Positions 1 to 7,308 of a stretch of DNA of 36,838 nt are shown piece by piece. The notes under the pieces were generated by a model that was not told where the DNA came from, made no database searches, and saw nothing but the letters and a program-made list of their open reading frames with translations. Source of the stretch: a virus. Lineage: Duplodnaviria; Caudoviricetes. The stretch covers positions 1-36,838 of IMG/VR virus record IMGVR_UViG_3300020413_000002, one strand, 5' to 3'. The position numbers and the translations under genes are program-made. Within the stretch, counting starts at the first letter, position 1; every line of letters starts with the position of its first letter.

Positions 1-77
1 AGGATTAACTTTATTATAAACCATACAACAATGATCGAAATATTCATCTAAATCAAAAGGTGTATGTAAATCTCCAA
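1..77. repeat. 77-bp terminal direct repeat (copy 1), probably an assembly overlap of a circular contig
   Basis: 1-77 is identical to 36762-36838. It lies inside a gene whose frame continues across the junction, and 77 is a common assembler k-mer length. Confidence 0.95.
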
Positions 78-300
78 TACATAATACTGTATTGCCTCCA
101 TTAATAACACATTCATTTCTTTGTTTTTTAATTTCGTCTTTTGGTTGCATTAATAAGTCTTCACGTTCATGTTGTCTAACATATCTTAATGCACGTTTTA
201 CAGAATCGTTAGCAATTCCAAATTCAATAGCTGTTTCGGAAATGCCAATTTCATCTACTCTTGTTGCGATTAATTTACATTTATCTATACTATATGCCAT
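1..300 (-). CDS. 5' part of a calcineurin-like metallophosphoesterase that wraps the contig ends (283 aa in total)
   Basis: ATG at 300 after an AGGAG RBS. It reads MAYSIDKCKLIATRVDEIGISETAIEFGIANDSVKRALRY...VLCIGDLHTPF...NKVNP and continues in frame at 36761. This part supplies the DxH motif missing from the listed ORF; the N-terminus looks HTH-like. Confidence 0.88.
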   Translation of the reverse strand, partial: MAYSIDKCKLIATRVDEIGISETAIEFGIANDSVKRALRYVRQHEREDLLMQPKDEIKKQRNECVINGGNTVLCIGDLHTPFDLDEYFDHCCMVYNKVNP

Positions 301-559
301 TTGATTTCTCCTTGTCTAATTTTCTTTGAAGTGCGGCCAGCGCTCTCCAGGCAACGCTAACTAAATCATCTTCTAATAAATGTCTCATCATAGCATCTAA
401 TTCATCTTGAGATTTTGATTTATCCCATCCTTTAGTGCCATGTTGTTTCATTCCCTTCATTGATTGTTTAGTAACTTCAACAATTGCATCGGGGAAATAT
501 TTAATAAATCCGTGATAGATAGGAATATCTTTTCTTTCCAGGCTATTTGTTGGTAACAT
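290..559 (-). CDS. dATP/dGTP diphosphohydrolase-like protein (DUF5664 type)
   Basis: Pattern ERKxxPIYxGFIKYFPDAI...W..SKSxDELDA..RHL...AWRALAxLQ is typical of this phage family. AGGAGG RBS. Confidence 0.75.
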   Translation of the reverse strand: MLPTNSLERKDIPIYHGFIKYFPDAIVEVTKQSMKGMKQHGTKGWDKSKSQDELDAMMRHLLEDDLVSVAWRALAALQRKLDKEKSNGI

Positions 560-977
560 TAGTAACCTCCTTTATCATTTCATAATATTTAATACCATAA
601 TCAGTACCATCAGCTTTAGTATTATTATGTAATTCTGCTAATAATACAGTAGGTATTTTCCATTTTAATTTAGCAGATTCCATTAAATAATAATATCGTG
701 TAGGAAATTTTTCTTGAAACCATTGTGTAGCATGAAGAACATCCTTATGCCACCAATGTAAATGACAATAAGAACAAAGGCACTTTAAATTAGAGGGGTC
801 TAACTCAAGTGCCTTGTGTGTGCCTACGTTAAGAACATGGCTTGCATGAGCATTTGATCCACTCACTTCTTTTAAACACTTTTGACAAATATACTTGTCT
901 CTATTTTTTATACAAAGTTTTACCTTTGCTAATAGTTTTTTTGTGTACCACGTTCTATTGTGTGGAAGTTTAGCCAT
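543..977 (-). CDS. NinG-like HNH endonuclease
   Basis: RD..CQKC...HASH...NLKCLCSYCH zinc-binding HNH pattern. Confidence 0.75.
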   Translation of the reverse strand: MAKLPHNRTWYTKKLLAKVKLCIKNRDKYICQKCLKEVSGSNAHASHVLNVGTHKALELDPSNLKCLCSYCHLHWWHKDVLHATQWFQEKFPTRYYYLMESAKLKWKIPTVLLAELHNNTKADGTDYGIKYYEMIKEVTNVTNK

Positions 978-978
978 T

Positions 979-1635
979 TTAGAATGGTATTTCTTCTAAC
1001 TCTTCCTTGTCTTTTGTTTCTGTAGATGTGTCTGATTGTTTATCAAACTGATTTCTAAATTCAGCTAATTCATCTAACATTCTTTTACCTAACTCTTTAT
1101 CATCGTCTTTTATATCGACTAGATAAATTTTAGGTGCATAGAATTTAATATGACCAACTTGTTTAAACTCGCCATCCTCATCAAAAGAAATAGCTTCTCC
1201 ATCTTTAATTTTACTTGAAATCCAAGAACCACTAGCAGAACCTTGTAAGTCAAATCTTGCTAACATTCCTTGATACTTTCCCGAAGTAATTAATGCATAA
1301 ACAATCTTCTGAAACTTAACGCCTTTTGCTTTTAAGTTATCTTTAATATCAGCATATAATCCCGACATTAATACAGATGATTCTCCGTCTTTCCAAACGC
1401 TTACAGTTAATTCTTCTTTTGCAAGATTCTTAACTTGATTAGATTGCGCTTGACCACTTCCTTGTGGCTGTAAGAAACCAGCTACTCCATTGAATTGTTC
1501 AAGGACAACACAAGTAAATTGTTTTTTATATGTGTCAGCTGTTTTTGTTGCACGATCGTAAGTTTTCCATAAACCCTTACCATCTTCTCCACCTTTCCAG
1601 GTAAAGATTATTTCTACTGGATTATCTAATTCCAT
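979..1635 (-). CDS. putative single-stranded DNA-binding protein
   Basis: Beta-rich body with an acidic tail ending EELEEIPF, the SSB C-terminal signature. Located among replication and recombination genes. Confidence 0.55.
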   Translation of the reverse strand: MELDNPVEIIFTWKGGEDGKGLWKTYDRATKTADTYKKQFTCVVLEQFNGVAGFLQPQGSGQAQSNQVKNLAKEELTVSVWKDGESSVLMSGLYADIKDNLKAKGVKFQKIVYALITSGKYQGMLARFDLQGSASGSWISSKIKDGEAISFDEDGEFKQVGHIKFYAPKIYLVDIKDDDKELGKRMLDELAEFRNQFDKQSDTSTETKDKEELEEIPF

Positions 1636-1700
1636 AATATTTCTCCTTATTGTTAAATGACTTCGTTATGTATATAGGATTTTTGAGTAAAAAACAAGAC

Positions 1701-1970
1701 TTATCTACATCTTTTTTTTCTCATTTGTTTTAGTTTTTCTAAAATCTTTTGACGTTTACGTTTTTCTGCAGCTTCTAATAGCTTTCTATATTTGGGATTA
1801 GCATTACGATAAGTTGTTCCACAAACTGTATTACCAGGAGCATTAATATCGTGAGTGTATTTACCTCCTTGCTTTTTGCCTTTTTCATACAGTCTACGTT
1901 GTTTGCGTTTATTTTTTTCTTTTTTACGTTTAGCGTCGTCTATACGAATTTGTGTTTTAAAATCTATCAT
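1701..1970 (-). CDS. hypothetical highly basic protein
   Basis: 89 aa, K/R-rich, AAGGA RBS, directly downstream of the structured RNA. Confidence 0.7.
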   Translation of the reverse strand: MIDFKTQIRIDDAKRKKEKNKRKQRRLYEKGKKQGGKYTHDINAPGNTVCGTTYRNANPKYRKLLEAAEKRKRQKILEKLKQMRKKRCR

Positions 1971-1992
1971 AAAATTATTTCCTTTTTAAAAA

Positions 1993-2240
1993 CAAGAGCA
2001 AAGAGGATGATCAGTCCTCTCACTCTCTAGGTAGTGGGATATACGAATCCCCAATGAGCCTTAAAGTATTGTTAGTACGTTAATTTTTATAACTCATACC
2101 TCTCACTAATTAAACCTTTCGGTTTGTTCGCTTTTGTTGTTGTCCTACTCGCACACTTTCGCCCAACAACCGAGTGCCTTACCCCCTAACAAATCCAGGG
2201 TTATTCAGCCATACCATATATTTGACTATGCCTAGTCAAA
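1993..2240 (-). ncRNA. large multi-stem structured RNA candidate (possibly manA-motif-like)
   Basis: GC-elevated intergenic gap with no listed ORF. It has at least seven complementary pairs, a GAAA-capped hairpin (AAACC-GAAA-GGUUU) and crossing pairs ACUCG/CGAGU and GUUGUUG/CAACAAC. Confidence 0.65.
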
Positions 2241-2441
2241 AAATTCTTCATCCAAAGTTTTCTTTTTTGTAATAGTCCATTGAGGATGTTGTGGTTCTTT
2301 CTCAATAGGCTCTAAAACATCATTGTATAAAAGCGCATTTAAATATTCATACATTTCTTTATGATAATTTTTAACAGCAACAATTTGCTGATAACGACTT
2401 AATGTTTTCCATTCGGGTTTTACTGTTTTAATTATTTCCAT
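2232..2441 (-). CDS. hypothetical protein (probable start MEIIKTV at 2441)
   Basis: GAGGA RBS precedes ATG 2441. The listed upstream TTG start overlaps a promoter-like region. Confidence 0.65.
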   Translation of the reverse strand: MEIIKTVKPEWKTLSRYQQIVAVKNYHKEMYEYLNALLYNDVLEPIEKEPQHPQWTITKKKTLDEEFFD

Positions 2442-2504
2442 TATCTTTTCCTCATTGTTTATACGAAAAGTATTACATAATTTTAACAATAAATCAATCC
2501 TTAA

Positions 2505-2533
2505 AACGTTTATAAACGTTATGTAACGTTACA
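2505..2533. promoter_or_regulatory. phased AACGTT palindrome array, operator-like
   Basis: AACGTT at 2505, 2515 and 2525. Perfect palindromes AACGTTTATAAACGTT (2505-2520) and TGTAACGTTACA (2522-2533). Confidence 0.5.
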
Positions 2534-2579
2534 CTTTCCAGGTAGTTAAAGTAAATATAATTACCTTAACCCACCTTGA

Positions 2580-3857
2580 CTAATCAATCCATTCTAAATG
2601 TTTAAATCTTTGATAGTCTCCTTCAAACTGAATTGAAGCTGTTGGAGAAATACCATTTCTATTTTTTTGAAATTTGCATAACAAATGTTTACCCGTTATA
2701 TCGTAATTAGGTAAAATATGTTTACCCGATATTTTAACTCCCTCGGGAGGACATTCCATTAAGAAAATAATAATGTCTGCAAAATTTTCTACTGATGAAC
2801 TATATGCAATTTTATTTTCTGCATTAGGATGTGCTAACAAACATATTGGTATTTCTAGATCGTCACGCAATTGTTTTAACTCACGAATAATATTATCATA
2901 CATAGTTGTTTTATTATCGTAATGTTTATTGCCTTCTTTAATACAAAGTAAGTTATCAATAAATAACATATCAGCGCCTTTTTGTTTTTCTGATATACTC
3001 CAGGCTTTTATTTCTGATATGTCCATTGCTTTATCACGAATAGTTAAGTTTAATAATTTTATTTTTTGATTTGCTTCACGACTATTAGTTATTTCATTAT
3101 CTGTAGCAAAACCTCTTGATCTCATAAAATATGTATTAACACCATAATTAGCAATTAATCTAGGCATTAATTCAGCTCTTAACATTTCTAAAGATGCTAA
3201 AGGACTTTTCATTTTATTGTTATGTAAATGTAACATCCATTGCAACATCAATGCTGTTTTACCCGTTGAACGTGGTGCATGAAGTATAATTAAATCAGTT
3301 GTAATTTTACCTAATTTATTAGTCCAATCATCACACCACCAAGGACATTTTCCAACTTCTCCAGCTATGCAATTATTAATAAATTGCTCTCCTAATTCAT
3401 CTAATGATTGTTCTTTCTTTTCTTTAATGTTTAAAGATATTAATTGGCTTAATATTTCTTCTGTAGATGAATCTCCATTATAAGAAGTTTTTAATCCATT
3501 AGATAAAATATTTATTTCTTTGCGTAACTTTTCTGATTCTAAAACTAAATTAGAATAATGTTCGCTGTGACTTGATATAACAAACGTATCCATTAAATTT
3601 AATAAGTATTCTTTACCACCTACCATATTTAATAATTTACGTTTATCTAATTCTTCTAATAAAACAATAGAATCAATAGTTTGATTTGATTGATTCATTT
3701 CTTTTAAAACAGAAAACAATACTTGATGCTTTCTATCTGTAAATGAATTTTCAGTTAATAGTTGTGTTACTTTTGGTACAACTCTATTTGGTTCAAGTAA
3801 ACAACTTCCAATAACTCCTTTTTCTGCTTCAAGGTTATTAGGCATATCTTTCATCAT
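2580..3857 (-). CDS. dnaB: DnaB-like replicative helicase
   Basis: N-terminal PNNLEAEKGVIG...FTDRKHQVLF domain, Walker A APRSTGKT, SLEM, FIDNL, ENFADII and KNRNG motifs. Confidence 0.93.
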   Translation of the reverse strand: MMKDMPNNLEAEKGVIGSCLLEPNRVVPKVTQLLTENSFTDRKHQVLFSVLKEMNQSNQTIDSIVLLEELDKRKLLNMVGGKEYLLNLMDTFVISSHSEHYSNLVLESEKLRKEINILSNGLKTSYNGDSSTEEILSQLISLNIKEKKEQSLDELGEQFINNCIAGEVGKCPWWCDDWTNKLGKITTDLIILHAPRSTGKTALMLQWMLHLHNNKMKSPLASLEMLRAELMPRLIANYGVNTYFMRSRGFATDNEITNSREANQKIKLLNLTIRDKAMDISEIKAWSISEKQKGADMLFIDNLLCIKEGNKHYDNKTTMYDNIIRELKQLRDDLEIPICLLAHPNAENKIAYSSSVENFADIIIFLMECPPEGVKISGKHILPNYDITGKHLLCKFQKNRNGISPTASIQFEGDYQRFKHLEWID

Positions 3858-4477
3858 AATTCTATAATCTCCTTATCTTGAGTTATAATTTCATCTTCGA
3901 ATCTTCTATATGTAGGATTTATCCAACCACTAAAATCTTTCATATATTTAAATTCACGAGATGCTTTGTATGGTTCAATAGCTTCTTTAATTTTTTTACG
4001 ATCTTCAAAATTATATTGTAACCAATAATTTAATGCTGATTTTTTATTTCCTTTCTTACCATATAAAGACCAACAATATTCAAAAGCATCAACAACAGCT
4101 TTATTAATACTTGTATTATTATTTCTAGTATTATTATCTGCGCTGTTTTTGTCTATACCTCTGTGACAAACTTTGCTATACCCCTCTGACACTTTTGTCG
4201 TTAGCTTAATAATCCTTTTATCGATTTCTTTCGAATTAGGCTTATAAGTATAACGAGTGTTGACATAATTGTAATCCACAAGTGAAGCAATCCAACGACT
4301 AATAGTACGATTGTTGCGTTGATATAACTTACTAAAGTAAGCATTACTTGCCCAACATTCTCCCGATTGAGATGCAAGCGCTGTAATCTCTCCATACAAT
4401 AATTTTTCATTCGCTGATAAATTTTCGTCATATCTAACCTCCGATGGTATAATTGCGTAATAACTTGGTTTTTCCAT
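3854..4477 (-). CDS. phage replication initiator (replisome organiser) with N-terminal HTH
   Basis: YYAIIPSEVRYDENLSANEKLLYGEITAL...CWASNAYF HTH family, low-complexity linker, FEYCWSLYGKK C-terminal domain. Directly upstream of dnaB. Confidence 0.85.
   Translation of the reverse strand: MEKPSYYAIIPSEVRYDENLSANEKLLYGEITALASQSGECWASNAYFSKLYQRNNRTISRWIASLVDYNYVNTRYTYKPNSKEIDKRIIKLTTKVSEGYSKVCHRGIDKNSADNNTRNNNTSINKAVVDAFEYCWSLYGKKGNKKSALNYWLQYNFEDRKKIKEAIEPYKASREFKYMKDFSGWINPTYRRFEDEIITQDKEIIEL
4100..4199. repeat. putative replication origin: 23-bp iterons plus AT-rich tract inside the initiator gene
   Basis: TATACCTCTGTGACAAACTTTGC (4154-4176) and TATACCCCTCTGACACTTTTGTC (4177-4199), a degenerate third copy at 4131-4153, and an AT-rich tract at about 4100-4137. 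Confidence 0.6.
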
Positions 4478-4728
4478 TATAAACTTACCTTTCTCATAAT
4501 GCAGCAGTAATCAAATCCCTCAACAGTATCTTCAACTACATAAGCACTATCCCCAATTCTTTGCGCATCTTTTAAACACCATTCCAGGTAGTGTTTTGCT
4601 TTGTGTGAATTATTTTGCATTGCAAGATGACTTTGTAACATTTCCGTTACTTGAACATCTCTTGATCCGATATACTCGTTTAGTTTTTCTCTATTTACTT
4701 TAATAGAATTTTCATCATAATATTTCAT
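4477..4728 (-). CDS. hypothetical protein
   Basis: 83-aa ORF with AAGGA RBS; stop overlaps the next start (TAATG). Confidence 0.75.
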   Translation of the reverse strand: MKYYDENSIKVNREKLNEYIGSRDVQVTEMLQSHLAMQNNSHKAKHYLEWCLKDAQRIGDSAYVVEDTVEGFDYCCIMRKVSL

Positions 4729-4736
4729 AATTTTCC

Positions 4737-5084
4737 TTAATCTTTATGTCTTAACGATTCTGTTTTTTGGTCATCTAATTCTGATGCACACCATTCGCAA
4801 ACTTTTCCTTTGCCTAAATGCATTTCATGGTGTTCTACAGAATCAACGAAATCTCCACAACAATCACATTCTACTTCTTCTTTGTCTAATGTAATATCTG
4901 TTGTTCCATAATATTCTTTAAAAGAAACAGACTCAACGTCATAGCCTTCTTTTAACGGACATCTTAATTCGCAATCATTTGCTTTTTCTCTTGCTTCTTC
5001 TTCACTAGAAGCTTCAACTTCAATATACACATAAAAATCTATTTCTTTTTTTACTGTGTATTTATTTCTTTTAGTATTTGCCAT
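4737..5084 (-). CDS. hypothetical protein with C-terminal CxxC...CxxC zinc finger
   Basis: AAGGAG RBS before ATG 5084 (MANTKR). EVEASSEEEAREKA motif, then CDCC and CEWC. Confidence 0.75.
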   Translation of the reverse strand: MANTKRNKYTVKKEIDFYVYIEVEASSEEEAREKANDCELRCPLKEGYDVESVSFKEYYGTTDITLDKEEVECDCCGDFVDSVEHHEMHLGKGKVCEWCASELDDQKTESLRHKD

Positions 5085-5109
5085 ATGATTCTCCTTATCT
5101 TTAAAAACC

Positions 5110-5137
5110 ATAATACAGATTTTTGCACTAAATTCAA
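5110..5137 (-). promoter_or_regulatory. sigma70-type promoter TTGAAT-N16-TATTAT
   Basis: Upstream of ATG 5084; spacer ends in AATCTG like the promoter at 6670. Confidence 0.55.
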
Positions 5138-5147
5138 GATTAAAGTG

Positions 5148-6104
5148 TTACAAATATTCATCTTTATTTTTGGGACAATTTGCTAAATCAATAACTTGCT
5201 GTAAATGTCTAGCAACTAAATAATAATTTTCTATTTCTTCACGATCTAAAACTGTAACTGAATATCCTTGTTTATTGTTAGCACCGAAACAAATAATAAA
5301 TGCTTTTTCGGGAGGCTGTTCTCCAGCTACTTCGCAATTTTTTGCATAAATAGATGCTTGTATTTTAAATTTTATTTTACATTTTTTAGAACTTTTCCAA
5401 TCAATTACGCATGAAGTATCAACACCTTTATATTTTACAACACCAACAAAATCGGGACATCCACTAACCATAAGTTTGTTATCCCAAAATCTTGTTTCTA
5501 ATTGTAAAGGTATTGGGTCAAATTTTTCTACAAAATTATTCCACCCTTTAGGTAAGTTTGTATTATCTGTTATTGAATTTTTAAAATAATTTTCAATTGC
5601 TTCATGCATAACTGTACCCGAATCAGCAATGTCTTTTAATTTTTCTGAATACTCTTGATAAGTTGAACCTTGACTAAATGCCCACATTAATAACCCGTCA
5701 AAATTTCCTTGTTCTGATAAATAAGATAATAAACTCGTTACTCTCATATATCTGCCACCAATAACTTTATTTTCGGGTTCATCTGATTCTAAAACTATTT
5801 CAATAGATTTTAAATTACCGATATGGTCATCATTCCATTTTGGAATTTTTAACTTTTCCCAATCGGGATGATGATATTTATAGGAACTAATACGACCCGT
5901 TTTTAATTTTTTAGCTAACTTTTGGTATCTTCCTTTTGGAACATAACCTAAAAACAAATCGTTTAATTTAATTTGTACAGCATTTGCATCATGGACATTT
6001 CCAGGGTCGGGAATAAATTTAACAATTCCATTTGGTTTCAACTTTTCTAGTTGACTATTTTCTTTAATTGCAAATGTAATTCCCGCGACATTAAAAGTAT
6101 TCAT
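5148..6104 (-). CDS. HIRAN domain fused to a PD-(D/E)XK (RecB/Cas4-like) exonuclease
   Basis: N-terminal VAGITF...PDPGNVHDANAV...LGYVPK is HIRAN-like. C-terminal RVTSLL, GTVMHEAIE, LETRF, SGCPD, VIDWKSS, QASIY is a PD-(D/E)XK nuclease. Confidence 0.8.
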   Translation of the reverse strand: MNTFNVAGITFAIKENSQLEKLKPNGIVKFIPDPGNVHDANAVQIKLNDLFLGYVPKGRYQKLAKKLKTGRISSYKYHHPDWEKLKIPKWNDDHIGNLKSIEIVLESDEPENKVIGGRYMRVTSLLSYLSEQGNFDGLLMWAFSQGSTYQEYSEKLKDIADSGTVMHEAIENYFKNSITDNTNLPKGWNNFVEKFDPIPLQLETRFWDNKLMVSGCPDFVGVVKYKGVDTSCVIDWKSSKKCKIKFKIQASIYAKNCEVAGEQPPEKAFIICFGANNKQGYSVTVLDREEIENYYLVARHLQQVIDLANCPKNKDEYL

Positions 6105-6316
6105 GTATTTAACTCTTTCATTTTTCTTAAAATATATTTTTTTAAGTAATGTAATTCATCTAAACATTTTTCTTTAACAACAATTTTATTATGTTTTTCG
6201 TTATCGATGGCATCATCTAACTCTTGTTCTAATATATCCATTCGATTATCTATTTTTTTAAATAACGATCTTAACAATCGCATTTGTTCTCTAAATGCTA
6301 CATTGGATTTATCCAT
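6101..6316 (-). CDS. hypothetical coiled-coil protein
   Basis: AGGAGGT RBS; ATGA overlap with the downstream gene. Confidence 0.75.
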   Translation of the reverse strand: MDKSNVAFREQMRLLRSLFKKIDNRMDILEQELDDAIDNEKHNKIVVKEKCLDELHYLKKYILRKMKELNT

Positions 6317-6325
6317 AATTACCTC

Positions 6326-6547
6326 CTATGTATGTGTATTGTGAATTTCATCGAAAGCATCCATATAATTAATGTCTGCTTGTGTCATTGGTTCATCGTT
6401 CATATGCATTAATTCAATTTCTAATTGATTTTTAATGATTTCAGCATCATGTTTGTCTAATCGAATAAATGCTATTTCTTCATTTATACAAATTTTACTT
6501 TTATGAACACGAAACTCTAAACAATCTTTTTTCTTCTCTATTCTCAT
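6326..6547 (-). CDS. hypothetical protein
   Basis: AAGGA RBS; fits the operon packing. Confidence 0.7.
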   Translation of the reverse strand: MRIEKKKDCLEFRVHKSKICINEEIAFIRLDKHDAEIIKNQLEIELMHMNDEPMTQADINYMDAFDEIHNTHT

Positions 6548-6549
6548 AA

Positions 6550-6642
6550 TTATAATTCCTTATTAATGATTAAAAATAAAATTAAACGTTTTGGTCTTGG
6601 TAACACTTCTATCCATTTTATTAGTAAATGGTCTAAACTCAT
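6550..6642 (-). CDS. 30-aa microprotein MSLDHLLIKWIEVLPRPKRLILFLIINKEL (not in ORF track)
   Basis: AAGGAG RBS; fills the gap between the promoter at 6670 and the next gene. Confidence 0.55.
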   Translation of the reverse strand: MSLDHLLIKWIEVLPRPKRLILFLIINKEL

Positions 6643-6669
6643 AATATAACTCCTTAATTTATAAAAGCT

Positions 6670-6697
6670 ATCATACAGATTATTAGCCAAAAAGCAA
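6670..6697 (-). promoter_or_regulatory. sigma70-type promoter TTGCTT-N16-TATGAT
   Basis: Intergenic; same architecture as 5110-5137. Confidence 0.55.
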
Positions 6698-6717
6698 TCC
6701 AAATCTTAAAAAGAATG

Positions 6718-7308
6718 TCATGCATTTTTATTTTTCCGTATTTTAAATAAAACTTTCTCGAACCAATCTATTAATTTTTCAGGTGTGTATTCTCTCATAT
6801 ATTGAGTTGCTCTCGTGGTTCGCTCTCCGTTAATTTTTACATCTCCACAAATTGAACGAAGCTTACCTTTTGCGCATCTATGAAGTGTATTATCTTTTTT
6901 TGGTAATTGTGGTAAATCTTTTTTATCAATTCCAACTATATATAATTTTGTATCTTTATGACAAACATGTCCAAAATCATATTGGTCAATTAAAATTACA
7001 AAACCTCCGTAACTATCTGTTATATTTGTATTTGCTTCGGGTAATGTTTTAAAAATTCTCGATCCTTTTGGATGTTCTAAAATACCTCCTAATTTTTGAA
7101 TTTTTTTAACAACCCATGGTGTTAGCTCTTTTTCTCCCTCTCTTGGATTTGACATATGAGATAATTGACCCCATGCTCTACAAGGAGGATGTGCAACAAT
7201 TGGCAAATTTAAATTATATGTTTTTGCGTTTCTATCAAAATCATACACTTGCCAGGTATCGCGTTTTTTATACGCTGAATCTTTACGAACAAATAATGCA
7301 ACATTCAT
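6718..7308 (-). CDS. short C5-cytosine DNA methyltransferase-like protein with degenerate motif I
   Basis: Catalytic AHPPC (motif IV), LEHP (motif VI) and DQYDFGH..HKDT.LYIVG (motif VIII-like). No FxGxG. Confidence 0.6.
   Translation of the reverse strand: MNVALFVRKDSAYKKRDTWQVYDFDRNAKTYNLNLPIVAHPPCRAWGQLSHMSNPREGEKELTPWVVKKIQKLGGILEHPKGSRIFKTLPEANTNITDSYGGFVILIDQYDFGHVCHKDTKLYIVGIDKKDLPQLPKKDNTLHRCAKGKLRSICGDVKINGERTTRATQYMREYTPEKLIDWFEKVLFKIRKNKNA

Noticed and set aside
1-77. Biological direct terminal repeat
   Set aside because: It falls mid-gene and equals a common assembler k-mer length, so it does not mark physical genome ends.
92-304. Plus-strand 70-aa ORF
   Set aside because: Antisense shadow of the wrapped phosphoesterase gene.
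331-341. GCTGGCCGCAC as an E. coli Chi site
   Set aside because: It shares only GCTGG with GCTGGTGG; kept as an unexplained motif instead.
290-559. 2-aminoadenine (Z) or deazaguanine genome system
   Set aside because: No PurZ, Dpd/Que genes or phage DNA polymerase in the complete genome.
1993-2240. tmRNA, tRNA or group I intron
   Set aside because: No tRNA-like acceptor and T arms or tag frame, and it does not interrupt a gene.
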